A program made the position numbers and the translations under genes. From Octopus bimaculoides (lineage: Eukaryota), in assembly GCF_001194135.2 (NCBI RefSeq), contig NC_068993.1:17761668-17825667 (forward strand): a stretch of 64,000 nucleotides of DNA, given 5' to 3'. Numbering within the stretch: the first letter of the stretch is position 1; each line of letters starts with the position of its first letter. Positions 61,080-64,000 of the stretch are shown piece by piece. The notes below the pieces were generated by a model. It searched no databases. It was not told where the DNA came from and was given only the letters and a program-made list of their open reading frames with translations.

Positions 61080-61384
61080 GAGGTCTTGACTGCTCCCAGA
61101 TCCTGTTGCCAAGCAGAGTACGCCAGAGGTCATACATGATAGATTTGGAAAACCAGGGAGAAAATACTACAAATGATAGAATATGTACGCCGTCACCAAA
61201 ACCATCAGAAGGAAATGACGAGCACTCTAGTTTTGCTGCAGATGTTGCTGCTGTAAACCGAGCAATAAGTGCACTATCAGGTGAACCTCTAGATGGACCA
61301 ATTCAGGTGAAACAGGAACCTGTAAGTGACAGTGATGAAAAGTCTCAGTCTTCCCAGCATTCTCTACCAATTGCTGTAGAATGA
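61080..61384 (+). CDS. HMBOX1: HMBOX1-like terminal coding exon (GGLDCSQILLPSRV...AAVNRAISAL...VKQE...LPIAVE*)
   Basis: Long polypyrimidine tract + TAG at 61077-61079; phase 1 continues the frame to TGA at 61382-61384. AAVN..I.AL and VKQE resemble the HMBOX1 C-terminus from memory. Confidence 0.85.
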
Positions 61385-62976
61385 AAAAGAGGCTGCTGTC
61401 AATAGGAGAAAAAGATTTGAAAAAGAGGATTTTTTTGACAATGAATTTTTTTTAATGCATTATTTAGGTTACATACCATAATCATTTGGTGTACAGTTGC
61501 ACATTGGAAAAGAAAGAAAAAAAAAGAGGAAGCCGGTTTTGAAAAACTGCTTCATCTTGTGTTCTTTTCCCAGTTCATTATATTCTTTTAAATTCATGTT
61601 TTACAACATACCAAGATTTTTTTTTTTTTAATTCAAGTCAAAGCTATGGGGAGGNNNNNNNNNNNNNNNNNNNNNNNNNNNNNNNNNNNNNNNNNNNNNN
61701 NNNNNNNNNNNNNNNNNNNNNNNNNNNNNNNNNNNNNNNNNNNNNNNNNNNNNNNNNNNNNNNNNNNNNNNNNNNNNNNNNNNNNNNNNNNNNNNNNNNN
61801 NNNNNNNNNNNNNNNNNNNNNNNNNNNNNNNNNNNNNNNNNNNNNNNNNNNNNNNNNNNNNNNNNNNNNNNNNNNNNNNNNNNNNNNNNNNNNNNNNNNN
61901 NNNNNNNNNNNNNNNNNNNNNNNNNNNNNNNNNNNNNNNNNNNNNNNNNNNNNNNNNNNNNNNNNNNNNNNNNNNNNNNNNNNNNNNNNNNNNNNNNNNN
62001 NNNNNNNNNNNNNNNNNNNNNNNNNNNNNNNNNNNNNNNNNNNNNNNNNNNNNNNNNNNNNNNNNNNNNNNNNNNNNNNNNNNNNNNNNNNNNNNNNNNN
62101 NNNNNNNNNNNNNNNNNNNNNNNNNNNNNNNNNNNNNNNNNNNNNNNNNNNNNNNNNNNNNNNNNNNNNNNNNNNNNNNNNNNNNNNNNNNNNNNNNNNN
62201 NNNNNNNNNNNNNNNNNNNNNNNNNNNNNNNNNNNNNNNNNNNNNNNNNNNNNNNNNNNNNNNNNNNNNNNNNNNNNNNNNNNNNNAAAACACCCAAAAT
62301 TAAACAAATTAGTATGATGATGTCATTCCATTAGTAAAAATGATTTACAAAAAAAACACCCACAATTAAACCTGACCTCTATTTTGAGTATTACGTTTCT
62401 CAAGTGATGTTCGACTGAAGGCTGGAAATGTGCATCTGATGGTGTCTGGTCTCTCTTCAAATGAGCCCCACAATCAACATTTTGTTGAAGTGTTGAGTAT
62501 GTTTAACCTTGGTCTCTTATGTTATGTATGTGTGTGTGTACATATATATATATATATATAATATATATGTGCGTGTATATATGACGTGTGTGTGTATTGA
62601 GAAAAAGTGCTCAATACTTATCTTTATTAATTTACATGCAGCTGAAGCTTCTTGTTTCTGTTATGTTCTTCGAGATGCTGCTTTCACTCGAGGAATGCGG
62701 CAGGACTGGAAAGCTTTGTGTCTGATTGTAATGAAACTTCAGCTTTTAACAAATCAAGACACATGCATACATATATGTGTGTGTGTGCATTTGTGTATGT
62801 ATTTATGCCTACATGTGTGTGTATGCATATCTATGTATATATATCTGTGTGTGTATGTGTGTGCGTGCTAGGTATTGTTATCAGACTACCATCGCTCAGG
62901 GTTCTGTATGTTATTTCAGTTGATCACTTAGGAGAAGCTACAACATAATCTCTCAGTTAAATACTTCTTCAATCTG

Positions 62977-63031
<55 letters not shown>

Positions 63032-63330
63032 CATTATTACTATTATTATTATTATTATTAATTTTCATCGTAATCATCATCATTAATAATAATAATAATA
63101 TTAATAGTTATAACGTTTAGCCTACTGTCATACACAGCAATGCTGTATGTATTCTGTGAAATGAGCCTATGTTCTGGTTTCAATTTCCAGTTAAATCTGT
63201 TTCACATATGTTGCTAATACCCTAGGTATAGTCATAAACAGCATGATTTCTCAAATCCCTTGTAAAACAAAAATTCAAAGCTTTATACCTATGTACAAAT
63301 TATTATTATTATTATTATTGCTACTACTAC

Positions 63331-63364
<34 letters not shown>

Positions 63365-63701
63365 TAATATAACACAGTCAATAATGAGATCAAATCAGTC
63401 AGAGCATGATAAAGTCAAGCAATATTTACTAGAGTATTATGATGCTTTGATAACTACTCAAATGCACTGTAGAATATTAATTTGTTGTGAATTAATTTTG
63501 TACTGATTTGAATTCCTTTTGAATACTCAAGGAAAAATGTAAATGTAAATTTCAGTTTTGAAATTTTGAAATTGGAAAGAAAAAAAAAAAAATCTAAGTA
63601 AAAAAAATTTGTAAAAATAACTAATTGAATGAATAGCATACTAAAGATATAGGTGAATTTCATACATTCACATACAACAATATATACATATATATATTCA
63701 T

Positions 63702-63733
<32 letters not shown>

Positions 63734-63833
63734 GTTAACATGTACATAATATGTACACACATATATATATAAATATATATATATACCTACATATATACAT
63801 ATACATACACATGCATGCATATGTATGTATCTA

Positions 63834-63892
<59 letters not shown>

Positions 63893-64000
63893 ACACATGT
63901 ACGTACATACATACATATTACATCTGCACACAAGTGAAATGGTGCATTACTTAAAGCAAGAGAATGATTGATAGAGTTGAGGTTACTGAAATTTTTAACT

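Noticed and set aside
61077-61082. NAGNAG tandem acceptor TAGGAG
   Set aside because: GAG acceptors are rarely used and the effect would be one Gly.
1-64000. Telomeric (TTAGGG)n arrays that might hint at autoregulation by a HOT1-like protein
   Set aside because: No tandem TTAGGG/CCCTAA array seen.

Overview
AT-rich, repeat-saturated eukaryotic genomic DNA with six assembly gaps. The SINE and MITE families resemble those I recall from Octopus, so the source is probably an octopod (inference). One host gene spans the window on the + strand: an HNF-class homeobox gene of the HMBOX1 (HOT1/hmbx-1) type. Six coding exons (24996-25744, 46206-46291, 51191-51325, 53083-53280, 59967-60062, 61080-61384) splice in frame with canonical GT-AG sites. 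They give about 514 aa from ATG 25020, with an HNF1-like N-terminus, a POU-like domain and an atypical homeodomain with a helix 2-3 insertion. Any upstream exon was not found. The rest is a transposon graveyard: Tc1/mariner relics of three catalytic types (DD37D maT, DD34D mariner, DD41D rosa-type), TA- and TTAA-flanked MITEs and foldbacks, 3' ends of R4/Dong-clade retrotransposons in (TAA)n arrays, a CR1-group LINE relic, several tRNA-headed SINE families, and many micro- and minisatellites. Best leads: an unusual Asn at homeodomain position 50, a candidate 9-nt in-frame microexon, a strand-consistent R4/Dong + SINE + (ATT)n nest, a candidate minimal hammerhead ribozyme, and long foldbacks beside three exons. 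No clearly novel multi-gene system is supportable from the sequence alone.
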